The notes under the pieces were generated by a model, which saw nothing but the letters and a program-made list of their open reading frames with translations, made no database searches and was not told where the DNA came from. The translations under genes were made by a program, and so were the position numbers. DNA of 47,257 nt from Acetobacteraceae bacterium (GTDB lineage Bacteria > Pseudomonadota > Alphaproteobacteria > Acetobacterales > Acetobacteraceae), in the NCBI GenBank assembly GCA_030037665.1, contig JASHQG010000152.1:1-47257 (forward strand), in the 5' to 3' direction. Of this stretch, positions 8,557-18,126 are shown in pieces. Each line of letters begins with the position of its first letter. The first letter of the stretch is position 1.

Positions 8557-9753
8557 TTAGCTCTTGGACTGCTCCGTCGCTGCCAGAGTGTGGTTCGCAA
8601 TCATGACCTCTTCGTTGGTCTGGATCACGAACACGCGGACCCGAGACCGTTCCGATGAAATGACCTGCGCACCATTTCGGTTGGCCGCCGTATCGAGTTC
8701 AACACCAATCCACTCCATGCCTTCCAGAACGCGCTGGCGGACGCGCCACGCATGCTCGCCGATGCCCCCGCAAAATACGATGCCATCAATGCCCTCGAGT
8801 GCGGCCACGAGCCCGCCAAGTTCGTGGCGGATACGGTAAACGAAGTATTCAATCGCCTCCCGTGCTTCCGGCTGGTCCGACGCCTCGAGTTCACGCATGT
8901 CGTGCGAAATGCCTGACATCCCCTTCAGACCGGACCGGTTGTACAGGAGATCGGCGATCTGCTCCGCGTCCATGCGCTTTTCCTGCATGAGGTAGAGCAG
9001 GACACCTGGATCGAGCTGGCCGCACCGCGTGCCCATCGGCAGTCCGTCCAGAGCGGTGAACGCCATGGAACTCGCCACTGACTGACCATCCCGCATGGCA
9101 CACATCGAAGCCCCGTTGCCAAGATGCGCCACCACCACGCGACCAGCGGCATGATGCGGTGCAATCTGTCGCAGCCGTTGGCTCACGTACTCATACGACA
9201 GTCCATGAAACCCGTAGCGACGCACGCCTTCCTCGAAATAACTGCGGGGCAGGCCGAACACGTCGTTGACGAACGGGTGGGAACGATGGAAAGCCGTGTC
9301 GAAGCAGGCGACCTGAGGAATGTCCGGCCACGCCGACCGCGCCGCCAGAATGGCCGCGATGTTATGTGGCTCATGCAGGGGCGCAAGCGGGATCAGCGAA
9401 TTGAGTTCCTCTAGCACCCCGTCAGTCACGACGACCGGTGCGGTGTACTTGATCCCCCCGTGCACCACACGGTGGCCAGCTGCCGTGACATTAGCCGCCG
9501 GGTAGGCGTCCCCACGCCAGTCCAGAATGCGGTGCAGAGCGTCGGCGTGGAACGGCTCACCGCCCTCTCCTGTCCAGGAGGCGGTATGGGTCTTCGCACC
9601 GGCGCTGTCGCGCGTCTCGAAGTGCCGCTGGCCGCCTACCATCTCGACCAGGCCGCTCGCGATCGCGGACAGGGCCGTTCCGTCTGTTTCAAACAGCGCG
9701 AACTTGATCGAGGAGGAGCCCGCGTTGAACGTCATGACATGCCGGCTGCTCAT
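8557..9753 (-). CDS. ackA: Acetate (propionate) kinase
   Basis: MSSRHVMTFNAGSSSIKFALFE..., HRVVHGG and GFHGLSYEY motifs. SD GAGG lies 5 nt before the ATG at 9753 and overlaps the stop of the upstream pta gene. Confidence 0.9.
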   Translation of the reverse strand: MSSRHVMTFNAGSSSIKFALFETDGTALSAIASGLVEMVGGQRHFETRDSAGAKTHTASWTGEGGEPFHADALHRILDWRGDAYPAANVTAAGHRVVHGGIKYTAPVVVTDGVLEELNSLIPLAPLHEPHNIAAILAARSAWPDIPQVACFDTAFHRSHPFVNDVFGLPRSYFEEGVRRYGFHGLSYEYVSQRLRQIAPHHAAGRVVVAHLGNGASMCAMRDGQSVASSMAFTALDGLPMGTRCGQLDPGVLLYLMQEKRMDAEQIADLLYNRSGLKGMSGISHDMRELEASDQPEAREAIEYFVYRIRHELGGLVAALEGIDGIVFCGGIGEHAWRVRQRVLEGMEWIGVELDTAANRNGAQVISSERSRVRVFVIQTNEEVMIANHTLAATEQSKS

Positions 9754-9760
9754 GCTGACC

Positions 9761-11170
9761 TCACTGCGCCCTCGCCGGAACTGCACTCTGACCGGTCGCC
9801 TGCCAATGCGCATAGAGCACGGCGACAGCACAGGAGAAAAGGCGCGCCCGCTCGTCGTCGGCCCGGCTGGTCAGCAGCACGGGCACTCTGGCCCCCAGCA
9901 CCAGGCCGGCACCCTCCGCCTGTGCGGCATAGGTCAACTCCTTGGCCAGGATGTTTCCGGCTTCCAGATTGGGAACGATGAAAATATCGGCCCTTCCGGC
10001 AACCAGTGACGTCAGACCTTTCGTCTTCGCCGCCTCCAGGCTCAGCGCGTTGTCCATCGCGAGCGGGCCGTCGACGACACCGCCACGGATCTGTCCACGT
10101 TCACTCATTTTCGACAGCGCCGCGGCATCGAGAGTGGACGTGATCTTCGGGTTGACCGTTTCGACGGCAGATAGAACGCCAACCTTCGGTTTGGAAATCC
10201 CGAGTGCGATGCCCAGGTCGATGGCGTTCTGCACGATGTCGACCTTGTCCTCCAGCGTCGGCGCGATGTTGATCGCCGCATCGCTTACCAGCACGAGTTC
10301 GGGCAGAGACGGCGCATCCATAACGAACACATGGCTGATACGCCGACCGATGCGCAGACCGCCCTGAGACTTCACTACATGTCGCAGCAGTTCGTCGGTG
10401 TGAAGGTGTCCCTTCATCACGGCGGTGGCGCCGCCCTCGAGGACCAGGGCAACGCCCCGGGCCGCAGCGGAGCTATGATCGGGTTGGTCTTCGATGGCGA
10501 TCCCGGCGAGATCCTTGCCATGGCTTGCAGCAATCTCTCGGATCTTCGCTTCGTTTCCGATCAGAATTGGAATGATCAGGTTCTTCTCATGCCCCGCAAG
10601 CGCGCCCAAAAGCGCACTTTCCTCTTCCGGTGCCACGACGGCCGTGGGCATAGGAGGAAGTGGATGGCAGGCCTCAAGCAGGCGTTCCATATGACGATGG
10701 CGTTGAACTGTGAGTTGCGGAAGCGCTGCCTCATCGGCGACCAGCCTTTTGGTCGGGGCAATGACCTCCGCGACCCCGTCAGCGATTAAGGTGCCACCGC
10801 GCTCGATGCGTGTGTCAAGGACGACGGTGGCGGGCGGAGAGAGCTCGCGAACCTGGACCAAGACGTTGAGCGTATCGCCCACATGGGCACGCTCTCGGAA
10901 TCGTAACGTCTGCGATTGATAGAGTGTCCCCGGACCGGGCAGCAGATTGCCCAGCACGGAGGAAAACAGCGACCCGATCCACATCGACGGTGCCGCTGGT
11001 GGATCGGCACCATTCCCCGCGGCGCCGTCTCCTTCCGTCACAGGCAGGTTTGCCGGATTAAAGTTCCCACTGACCCGGGCAAACACGTATAGATCGTCCG
11101 GCGTGACGACCCGCGTAACGGAGGCATTGTCGCCAACGGCGAGTTCCGAGAACAGGCGGTTCGAATGCAT
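9761..11170 (-). CDS. pta: Bifunctional MaoC-like (hot-dog) enoyl-CoA hydratase / phosphate acetyl(butyryl)transferase
   Basis: The N-terminal ~130 aa form a MaoC dehydratase-like fold (VSGNFNPANLP...). The C-terminal ~320 aa form the PTA_PTB domain (SHVFVMD, LVSDAAINIAPT, ADIFIVPNLEAGNILAK). SD GGAGGA before the ATG. Confidence 0.85.
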   Translation of the reverse strand: MHSNRLFSELAVGDNASVTRVVTPDDLYVFARVSGNFNPANLPVTEGDGAAGNGADPPAAPSMWIGSLFSSVLGNLLPGPGTLYQSQTLRFRERAHVGDTLNVLVQVRELSPPATVVLDTRIERGGTLIADGVAEVIAPTKRLVADEAALPQLTVQRHRHMERLLEACHPLPPMPTAVVAPEEESALLGALAGHEKNLIIPILIGNEAKIREIAASHGKDLAGIAIEDQPDHSSAAARGVALVLEGGATAVMKGHLHTDELLRHVVKSQGGLRIGRRISHVFVMDAPSLPELVLVSDAAINIAPTLEDKVDIVQNAIDLGIALGISKPKVGVLSAVETVNPKITSTLDAAALSKMSERGQIRGGVVDGPLAMDNALSLEAAKTKGLTSLVAGRADIFIVPNLEAGNILAKELTYAAQAEGAGLVLGARVPVLLTSRADDERARLFSCAVAVLYAHWQATGQSAVPARAQ

Positions 11171-11653
11171 GCTGGTCCTCCATCGTCAGGGGGACGCTTC
11201 GATCGGCGGAGTGACCGGGATCTCTCCCACGTTGCCGATGACCAACAATTTGGCGGCCGCGCAAAGGTTCGCTAACCGGCTGGTACGTCGCGAGATACCC
11301 GACATCCGCCTTCTGGTGGTCCCTCGATCATGCCAGATGGCACGACCGCGTTCCATCGACGTCCTATGACTTTCACAGCCCGGTTCGCTGCGACGCCGGA
11401 TTTCGTCGGGCGAGCAGCATCGTCGGAGGGAATGGTCGGCCCACCGGCGGTCATCCGCGAAACCGGCCATCTCGCATCGACCGCTGGGCGCGGCACGTTC
11501 CGGAGCTCTGTGGCATTCATTGTGACGGTGGCCATGCCGGACCGGTTCGAGCGTTTCATCGACCTCGCGCAATGCCAATCGATCTCGCCGTGCCAAGTTC
11601 CCTGGGCGGGCCGTGCCGGCGACGATCGAGCATCCGCACCCACCCGCCGCTGA

Positions 11654-13288
11654 TCAAGTCAGGGAGCGGAATATGTAGAAGAGCGTTCCTGACAATAGGA
11701 TGGCGGCCGGCAACGTCAGTAGCCAGGCGAGTAGGATGGAACGTACCGTGCTCCACTGCAGTCCCGCGCCATTGGCAACCATCGTGCCGGCAACACCTGA
11801 GGACAGCACATGAGTGGTGGACACTGGCAGGCCCCACCTGTCCGCCGCCATGATCGTGGCCGCTGCGACCAGTTCCGCGGCCGCTCCCTGCCCGTAGGTA
11901 AGGTGAGCTTTGCCAATCTTCTCACCGACGGTGATGACAATGCGTTTCCAGCCGACGAGGGTCCCGAGGCCGAGTGCGATTGCGACCGAAATTTTTACCC
12001 AGAGCGGGATGAACTTCGTGCCCTTATCGAGCGACGCCCTGAAGGCGGACAATGTTGCTGCGTCGCTGCCCAACGCGTGCGTATCCTTCATCAGACGGAC
12101 AGCTTCGCTCATCAGATACATGCTGTTGCGAACGTTATCCACGGCGGCAGCCGGAACCTTAGCGATCGCGCCAACATCCTTAACCTGGCCCGCGAGAGTT
12201 CGCGTGACTTGCGCCATGGCAGCGTAAACCAGCGGGTTATTCACGTGACGGGTCCGGATCGCGGTTTCAACGATCGACGCCGCGTGCTCGGGGTCCACCG
12301 CCGCACCCTCGGCTCGTCGATCGAAGACCTGCGCGCCCTTTTCCATGCTCTGCAGAAAGGCAGGGGTTGCGCCGTCGGGCAAGGCGCGGTTCAGCGCATA
12401 AGCCGTCGGAACCGCCCCGATCAGGATCAGCATGATCAGACCCATGCCCTTCTGGCCGTCATTCGATCCGTGGGCAAACGAGACGCCGGTACAGGTCAGG
12501 ATGAGCAGGGAGCGGATCCATAGCGGCGGGGGAGCATCGGTCGCCGGAGCCTGATACAGCGCCTTCCGTCGTATCACGGCCTTCATGACAAAGAGCAACA
12601 GCAAGGCACAGACAAAGCCGACCAGTGGGCTGAACAGCAATGCCTTGAATACGCTCATAGCCTGCCCCCAGTCCACACCAGCGGTGCCGCTGACCGACTG
12701 ACGCATCAGTTGATTGGCTACACCGACGCCGATAATCGAGCCGATCAGGGTGTGCGACGAACTGGCCGGAATTCCCAGCAGCCACGTACCGAGGTTCCAG
12801 ATGATTGCCGCAATCAGCAGGGCGAAGATCATCGCATACCCCGCGTTGCTGCCAACGTGGAGGATCAGTTCGACCGGCAGCAGGCTGGTAATGCTGAAGG
12901 CAACCGCGCCACTTGAGGTGATCACTCCGATCAGGTTCCAGAAGCCGGACCATACGACAGCCGCCTGCGCCGGCAGGCTATGCGTGTAGATCACCGTCGC
13001 TACCGCGTTCGCGGTGTCATGAAAGCCATTGACGAATTCAAATCCAAGCGCGATCAAGAGAGCGACGCCGAGGAAGATGAACGCGCTGACCGCGAGCGGC
13101 GGCACATGGGCCGCATCCAGATCGTGCACCAGGCTGTAGAGGACGAGCAGGATCCCGGCCCCCAGCAAAAGGACGAACAACGCTTTACTGGCGAAGGACG
13201 CCTTCAGATCGAGCCGAGGCCGATGGTACTGTTGTTCGGTTTGCGTGGGGGTCGCATCGCCACCAGGCTGTATCACGAGATCTGACAT
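11654..13288 (-). CDS. pit: Inorganic phosphate transporter, PiT family
   Basis: PHO4-family signatures appear twice (FVNGFHDTANAVATVIY and SFAHGSNDGQKGMGL), with many TM spans across 544 aa. Confidence 0.9.
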   Translation of the reverse strand: MSDLVIQPGGDATPTQTEQQYHRPRLDLKASFASKALFVLLLGAGILLVLYSLVHDLDAAHVPPLAVSAFIFLGVALLIALGFEFVNGFHDTANAVATVIYTHSLPAQAAVVWSGFWNLIGVITSSGAVAFSITSLLPVELILHVGSNAGYAMIFALLIAAIIWNLGTWLLGIPASSSHTLIGSIIGVGVANQLMRQSVSGTAGVDWGQAMSVFKALLFSPLVGFVCALLLLFVMKAVIRRKALYQAPATDAPPPLWIRSLLILTCTGVSFAHGSNDGQKGMGLIMLILIGAVPTAYALNRALPDGATPAFLQSMEKGAQVFDRRAEGAAVDPEHAASIVETAIRTRHVNNPLVYAAMAQVTRTLAGQVKDVGAIAKVPAAAVDNVRNSMYLMSEAVRLMKDTHALGSDAATLSAFRASLDKGTKFIPLWVKISVAIALGLGTLVGWKRIVITVGEKIGKAHLTYGQGAAAELVAAATIMAADRWGLPVSTTHVLSSGVAGTMVANGAGLQWSTVRSILLAWLLTLPAAILLSGTLFYIFRSLT

Positions 13289-14717
13289 GGATCGTCACTT
13301 CCTGTCATTCGGCGGCAGATCCTGACCGACAAACGACGGTTCGCCGGAGCAACCATTTCCACCGAAATTCGCGGGAGCATCCGGCTCTTGCCGGTTGGCA
13401 TTCTTCTGCCAGGCGGTCAGGTCCATACGGTGGTCAGACGCGATCATCGCCGGTGCGAGCCCACCGTCGTTCTCGACGACGGCGGGCCGGCCACGGTGGC
13501 GACCCCCATGATCAACAACCATCGTTCCGACCTTATCTCGAAGGGAACTCCCGCCCAGCGTCCCCCAAGTCCGCACGCCAATTCCAGCTGTGTTTATTAT
13601 CCAGGCACGATATCGGGGAAAACTCCGGCGAACCCGTCATTTGCGAGGTCGTGCGCTGCGCGTCGTGCCACCCTGGCGTCATACCAGGACGGGCACCCAA
13701 CCACAGAAACATGGTCGCTTTCGACCTCAAAGCCTTCGACCCCGTTGTTCACAGCCGGTCGCAAAAGCCTGTGACGTTCGCCGGACATGACACAACGCGA
13801 AAAAATCGAGAGCCGCTCCGACACGCCGGGTTCAGTTGTTACAGATTGATGGATTGGGGCGAACGGTCATGCATTAGTGCTACACGATCGCGCGGCCGCA
13901 TTCAACCATTGTCCGGACGACTAGGCGCGATTGTCGGGTGGCGGACCTGTCGTGGAAGCGTCAAAATTTTACCCGCCTTCTTCGTCGCTTATAGTCAAAC
14001 TCATGATCGGCTTTTCCGTGCGCGTAGCGTTGCCGGAAACGACCGGCAGGATACGGATTGACGGAACGACTACGATCGATTGTCCGCAATTCTCTGGCCA
14101 GACATTCCGCCTCTTGCCGCAGCATGCGGAACCCGGAACCTCCTCGCCGGCACCTCGGGGCTCCGAATTGCGCAACGCCTGAACAATCCGATCGCCGTCC
14201 GATGGATTGCGCGTTGGTGCGGATTCCGGATGGCGATGGCCAACCGGACGGCGCCGGCTGCGCCGACCGCCAGGGCGCTGACCGGGTGCGAGACCCGCTT
14301 GCCCGATCAGGTGCGGATGCCGCCGCCGCAGTACCCGGAAGACACTATCGTGTTGACTGATGACGGTGAAACCCCAGGCGGCTGTCTCGCACGTGCCAGC
14401 GGTCCGCCGCCGGGCGCCGTCGTCATGTGGCGCGACCTGCATCGTCTCCGGGACATCGGAACCGGCGCCAGCATGCCATCCATACTGACATCGCAGGCTG
14501 CCAGGTGCGCCAGGACCAGAAAAACATTCGGTACGTCGTGGGAACGATCGCGCCATTGAGGCGCTGCCCCTCCACCGAGACCATGTTGCCTTCGAGGCCA
14601 AACGTCATCGGATCAGACGTGTGCCGAGCGTGGTCGCGGCCGGTCCGTCCCCCGGAGCGATGCGATCGACGAGGCCGTTCTGCGATCAGCCATCGCCCGG
14701 CGAGCAGAGTAGCCGGA

Positions 14718-14942
14718 TCACGAAACCGCGGTTTCGTCAGATTCTGGCGCCGCAGATAACCACTCGATTGGTACACGGAATGTGGCGGCCTGCTGCTCGA
14801 TCCAGTGACGCGCTGCGTCCGGCGAATTGCACAATTGCGTTGCGGGTGGGCGTTTGGTTGCGCCACCGCCGACGAACGATGCAAGGAATTCGCCGTCAAC
14901 GTGCGGGTTCACCCAGGCGAGCAGTTTGTCGCTTCGTGGCAT
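14718..14942 (-). CDS. Hypothetical small protein (74 aa)
   Basis: Clean ORF with SD GGAGAA 7 nt before the ATG (ctgggagaataatgtATG). Balanced amino-acid composition (MPRSDKLLAWVNPHVDGEFLASFVGG...). No family recognised. Confidence 0.45.
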   Translation of the reverse strand: MPRSDKLLAWVNPHVDGEFLASFVGGGATKRPPATQLCNSPDAARHWIEQQAATFRVPIEWLSAAPESDETAVS

Positions 14943-15244
14943 ACATTATTCTCCCAGTAACGTCGCCCTGCGGTACAGACGAGTTGACAAGCTGTCCAGC
15001 AACCACCACTAGAACATGTTGTCTCTCGTTCCACCAATCACGAGCACAGGGTCGTAGCCGGTGGAACAGCGACGGACAGGAGAAGTTAGACTGACCCCGA
15101 AACGGCCCCTGTCCCGATCCGTCAGATCAAGGCATCGGACTTCCGAACGGGCAGTTGTCGGCATGACGATCTGGATGATGCTCGCTTGGCCTCCAATAAG
15201 ACCAAATATCAGAATAAGAGGAGCATCGAGAAGAGGGACACGAG

Positions 15245-15535
15245 GTGATGTATATAAGCGTCCGCAAGTATCGTTTGAGACGCAGTGCTGTTGAAGTGCG
15301 CGAGGCGGTCACGACGGGATTGGTCCCGATCCTGAAGGCATCGCCGGGATTTCGCGCACACTGGACTATAGACTGCTCTGACGGCGATGTTGCAGCGATT
15401 AGCATCTTTGATACCGAGGCGAATTCGAGCGCAGCAACGGATAGAACCCTTGCATGGGCCACTGCACACATCAGAGAGCTCGTGGAACTGCCGCCGGATG
15501 CGATGTTCGGTGGAGAGGCTCACCAATCAGCCTGA
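15245..15535 (+). CDS. Small ABM/Dabb-like (ferredoxin-fold) protein, hypothetical
   Basis: The 96-aa ORF starts MYISVRKY.... The pattern of alternating strands, with DGDVAAISIFDTEANSSAA, resembles antibiotic-biosynthesis-monooxygenase-like proteins. SD GAGGTG upstream. Confidence 0.5.
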   Translation: MMYISVRKYRLRRSAVEVREAVTTGLVPILKASPGFRAHWTIDCSDGDVAAISIFDTEANSSAATDRTLAWATAHIRELVELPPDAMFGGEAHQSA

Positions 15536-15663
15536 GCAGTTCCGTTTTGTGCGCGAAAGACCGTCAGTATCACCTGGACCCACAGTGTGCCCGTGCCTTC
15601 AGGTTCCTGCGCGGGTCGCAGTGAGTGATCGTTGCGCCTCGAATGTTGCAGCAGTCGCGAGAA

Positions 15664-16569
15664 TCATGGCCGGGGCATATGATCGCGCGCACTCTGCCTC
15701 GCCCGCGCCAGGAAGTTCCGCGCGATCTCGGATGTCTCTCCGCGCCGCGTGGCGAGGGCGAGCTTCGCGACGGGGGTTAGGCCATCGATCTCGCGATAGA
15801 CGACCCCGGTCACCTGAACCTGGCGAAGCGAGGCCGGCACCAACGAGTACCCGAGTTCTGCCGCGACCAGGTTGACGACGGTCCCCATCTGTGGCGCCGG
15901 TTGACCTAACACCGGCTCAAATCCGACCGCACGGCATGTCGCGATCACCGTATTGAAGAACGTCTGCCCCACCCCGCGCGGGGTCAGGATCAACGGTTCA
16001 TCGCGCAACCGGCGCAGGTCAACGCGCGACGACTTCGCGGCCGGATGACCCGCGGGCAACACCACCAGCACCGGCTCCTCGGACAGCGGGTGAAGTCGCA
16101 GATCGTCGCTGCCAAGATCCTCCGAACGCAGGAACACCGCGTCCAATAGATTCTCGCGCAGGCCGGCGATCAAACGCGCGGTGTTACTTTCTTCCAGCGA
16201 CAGGTCCACATCCGGATAGGCGTGCTTGAAGGAGCGAATTGCGGCCGTGACGATCGGATTGAACGGAGCCGAGCCTGTGTAGCCGACCCGCAACGAGCCG
16301 ATTTCCCCGCGTGCCGCGCGTCGCGCCGCGCGGACAGCGCGTTCCGCCTGTGGCGGAATGGCCCGTGCATACTCAAGGAACGCCTGGCCGGCATCGGTCA
16401 GTTCCGCGCCCTGTGGAATACGATGGAACAGGGCAGCGCCGACCTCGCTCTCCAGGTCCTTGATCTGCTGACTGAGCGGTGGCTGGCCAATGCCGACGCG
16501 CGCAGCGGCTCGGGTGAAATTCCGCTCCTCCGCGACGGCGAGGAAATAGCGGATGTGACGCAGTTCCAT
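15664..16569 (-). CDS. LysR-family transcriptional regulator
   Basis: N-terminal HTH MELRHIRYFLAVAEERNFTRAAARVGIGQPPLSQQIKDLE followed by a LysR substrate-binding domain. Divergent from the MFS gene. Confidence 0.9.
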   Translation of the reverse strand: MELRHIRYFLAVAEERNFTRAAARVGIGQPPLSQQIKDLESEVGAALFHRIPQGAELTDAGQAFLEYARAIPPQAERAVRAARRAARGEIGSLRVGYTGSAPFNPIVTAAIRSFKHAYPDVDLSLEESNTARLIAGLRENLLDAVFLRSEDLGSDDLRLHPLSEEPVLVVLPAGHPAAKSSRVDLRRLRDEPLILTPRGVGQTFFNTVIATCRAVGFEPVLGQPAPQMGTVVNLVAAELGYSLVPASLRQVQVTGVVYREIDGLTPVAKLALATRRGETSEIARNFLARARQSARDHMPRP

Positions 16570-16572
16570 CGC

Positions 16573-16587
16573 TAGTGCCAAAAACTA
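16573..16587. promoter_or_regulatory. Candidate LysR-type operator (TAG-N9-CTA dyad, tagtgccaaaaacta) in the LysR/MFS divergent intergenic region
   Basis: Imperfect dyad located between the LysR start (16569) and the MFS start (16671). Resembles T-N11-A-type boxes by position only. Confidence 0.2.
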
Positions 16588-16670
16588 TCGACAATGCCTG
16601 CGTCATATATTGGACCAAGGTCGCCGCAGGCATCAACTGTGCCACCGCAGAGACCGTGGGACGACAGACG

Positions 16671-17900
16671 ATGGGCACCACCACTCTTGCCCTGCCGGAC
16701 CGCATCCGCGAACCCGTCTGGACCGCGCGCGGATCCGCGGCTTACCGCCGCGTCAGTCTGGCGCTGTTCCTGGCAGGCTTCGCCACATTCTCGCTGCTCT
16801 ACTGCGTGCAGCCTCTGCTGCCGGCCTTCGCGGAGGACTTCCGTGTCGGCGCGGCAGAAAGTTCGCTGGCGCTATCACTATCGACCGGCTTTCTCGGGCT
16901 GGCCATTCTGTGTGCCGGCGCGGTATCCGAGGCAGCGGGACGTCGCGGCCTGATGTTTGGCTCCCTCGTGGGTGCGGCGCTCCTCAACATCGCCTCTGCC
17001 GTCGCGCCAAGTTGGCCGGTGCTGCTGATCGCCCGGGCGCTGGAGGGATTCGCGCTGGGCGGCGTTCCGGCCGTGGCAATGGCCTATCTCGCGGAGGAAA
17101 TTCACCCGCGCGGCCTGGGACTTTCGATGGGCCTCTATGTCGGAGGCAACGCCTTTGGAGGCATGTTCGGTCGGGTCATCGTCGGCGCACTGACCCAGTT
17201 CACCTCCTGGCGCGTCGTGCTCGGCGGGATGGGGCTGCTCGACCTGCTCGCGGCGGTAGGATTTTTCATATTGCTTCCGGTGCCGCGCAATTTCGTGCGG
17301 CAGCCGCGCCTGAAGCTTCGATACCATATGGCCGCGTGGAATGGTCATCTGCGACACGGCCCGTTGCCGTTGCTGTTCCTGATCGGCTTCCTGCTGATGG
17401 GAGCGTTCATTACCGTCTACAATTACGCCACCTTCCGTCTGAGAGGCGCGCCATACAAGCTGAGCGACGCTGAGATCAGTTTGATGTTTCTGGTCTATCT
17501 TTTTGGCGTGGCTTCGTCGGGCGTCGCCGGGGTGTTGTCTGACCGGCACGGCCGCGGTCCTGTCCTGATAGCCGGCATCGCAATGGCTGGCCTCGGTGTC
17601 GGGCTGACGCTGTTACATCCCGTGGCGGCCATCATCGGCGGCATCGCCATGGTGACGATCGGATTCTTCATTGGACACGCGACCGCCAGCAGCTGGGTCG
17701 CCAGCGCCGCCGTGGGAGCGAAAGGGCACGCATCGTCGCTCTATTTGCTGGCCTACTATTTGGGGTCCAGCGTCATCGGTTCGATCGGTGGCTGGTTCTG
17801 GTCGGCGGGACAGTGGCCGGCGGTTGCGGCGTTCGTCAGCGGCCTGCTCGCTCTCGCGGTCGGCGCGCATCTATGGCTGCTGCGCCGGCATGCCGTTTGA
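16671..17900 (+). CDS. MFS transporter
   Basis: Twelve hydrophobic spans and an MFS loop motif (GAVSEAAGRRGLM). Start moved to ATG 16671 (MGTTTLALPD...). Confidence 0.85.
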   Translation: MGTTTLALPDRIREPVWTARGSAAYRRVSLALFLAGFATFSLLYCVQPLLPAFAEDFRVGAAESSLALSLSTGFLGLAILCAGAVSEAAGRRGLMFGSLVGAALLNIASAVAPSWPVLLIARALEGFALGGVPAVAMAYLAEEIHPRGLGLSMGLYVGGNAFGGMFGRVIVGALTQFTSWRVVLGGMGLLDLLAAVGFFILLPVPRNFVRQPRLKLRYHMAAWNGHLRHGPLPLLFLIGFLLMGAFITVYNYATFRLRGAPYKLSDAEISLMFLVYLFGVASSGVAGVLSDRHGRGPVLIAGIAMAGLGVGLTLLHPVAAIIGGIAMVTIGFFIGHATASSWVASAAVGAKGHASSLYLLAYYLGSSVIGSIGGWFWSAGQWPAVAAFVSGLLALAVGAHLWLLRRHAV

Positions 17901-18126
17901 GGGACCAGAAAGACGGCCTGGCCTGGCGATGCCGCACTCTCTCGATCGAAGTCGCCACGCACCGTTGTCGCAATGTCGTTGGGACCGCTCACCCGCAAGG
18001 TGAGATGGACCTTCCGCCAGGTGATCTGCGGGAGGAGGCGTTGCAGGTCGGTGAATCGGCTTCAACGGCCGCCGTCGATTGAACGGTCATGGCGGTCGCA
18101 TGTGAGCGACCGCCACGCATTGCGTT

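Noticed and set aside
11158-11166. GGTTCGAAT, a tRNA T-loop-like motif
   Set aside because: It lies within the first codons of pta (MHSNRLF). No acceptor or anticodon stems can be built around it. No tRNA was found anywhere in the window.
11171-11653. ORFs of 107-136 aa in the pit-pta spacer
   Set aside because: They overlap each other in three frames, lack SDs and have Arg/Pro-rich composition. The region is more likely regulatory (see the pit/pta finding).
13295-13576. 93-aa ORF ending 7 nt upstream of the pit start (a candidate pit accessory protein)
   Set aside because: Third-position GC counted by hand is only moderate for this genome style. The composition is odd, there is no similarity to PhoU/DUF47-type Pit partners, and no SD. 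It is kept only as part of the eroded-region finding.
14080-14559. Plus-strand 159-aa ORF with a stretch (LRIAQRLNNPIAVRWIARW) faintly reminiscent of a LuxR/GerE HTH
   Set aside because: The alignment to the HTH consensus needs several gaps, and the rest of the ORF is Arg/Pro-rich nonsense. This is too weak to call even as a pseudogene.
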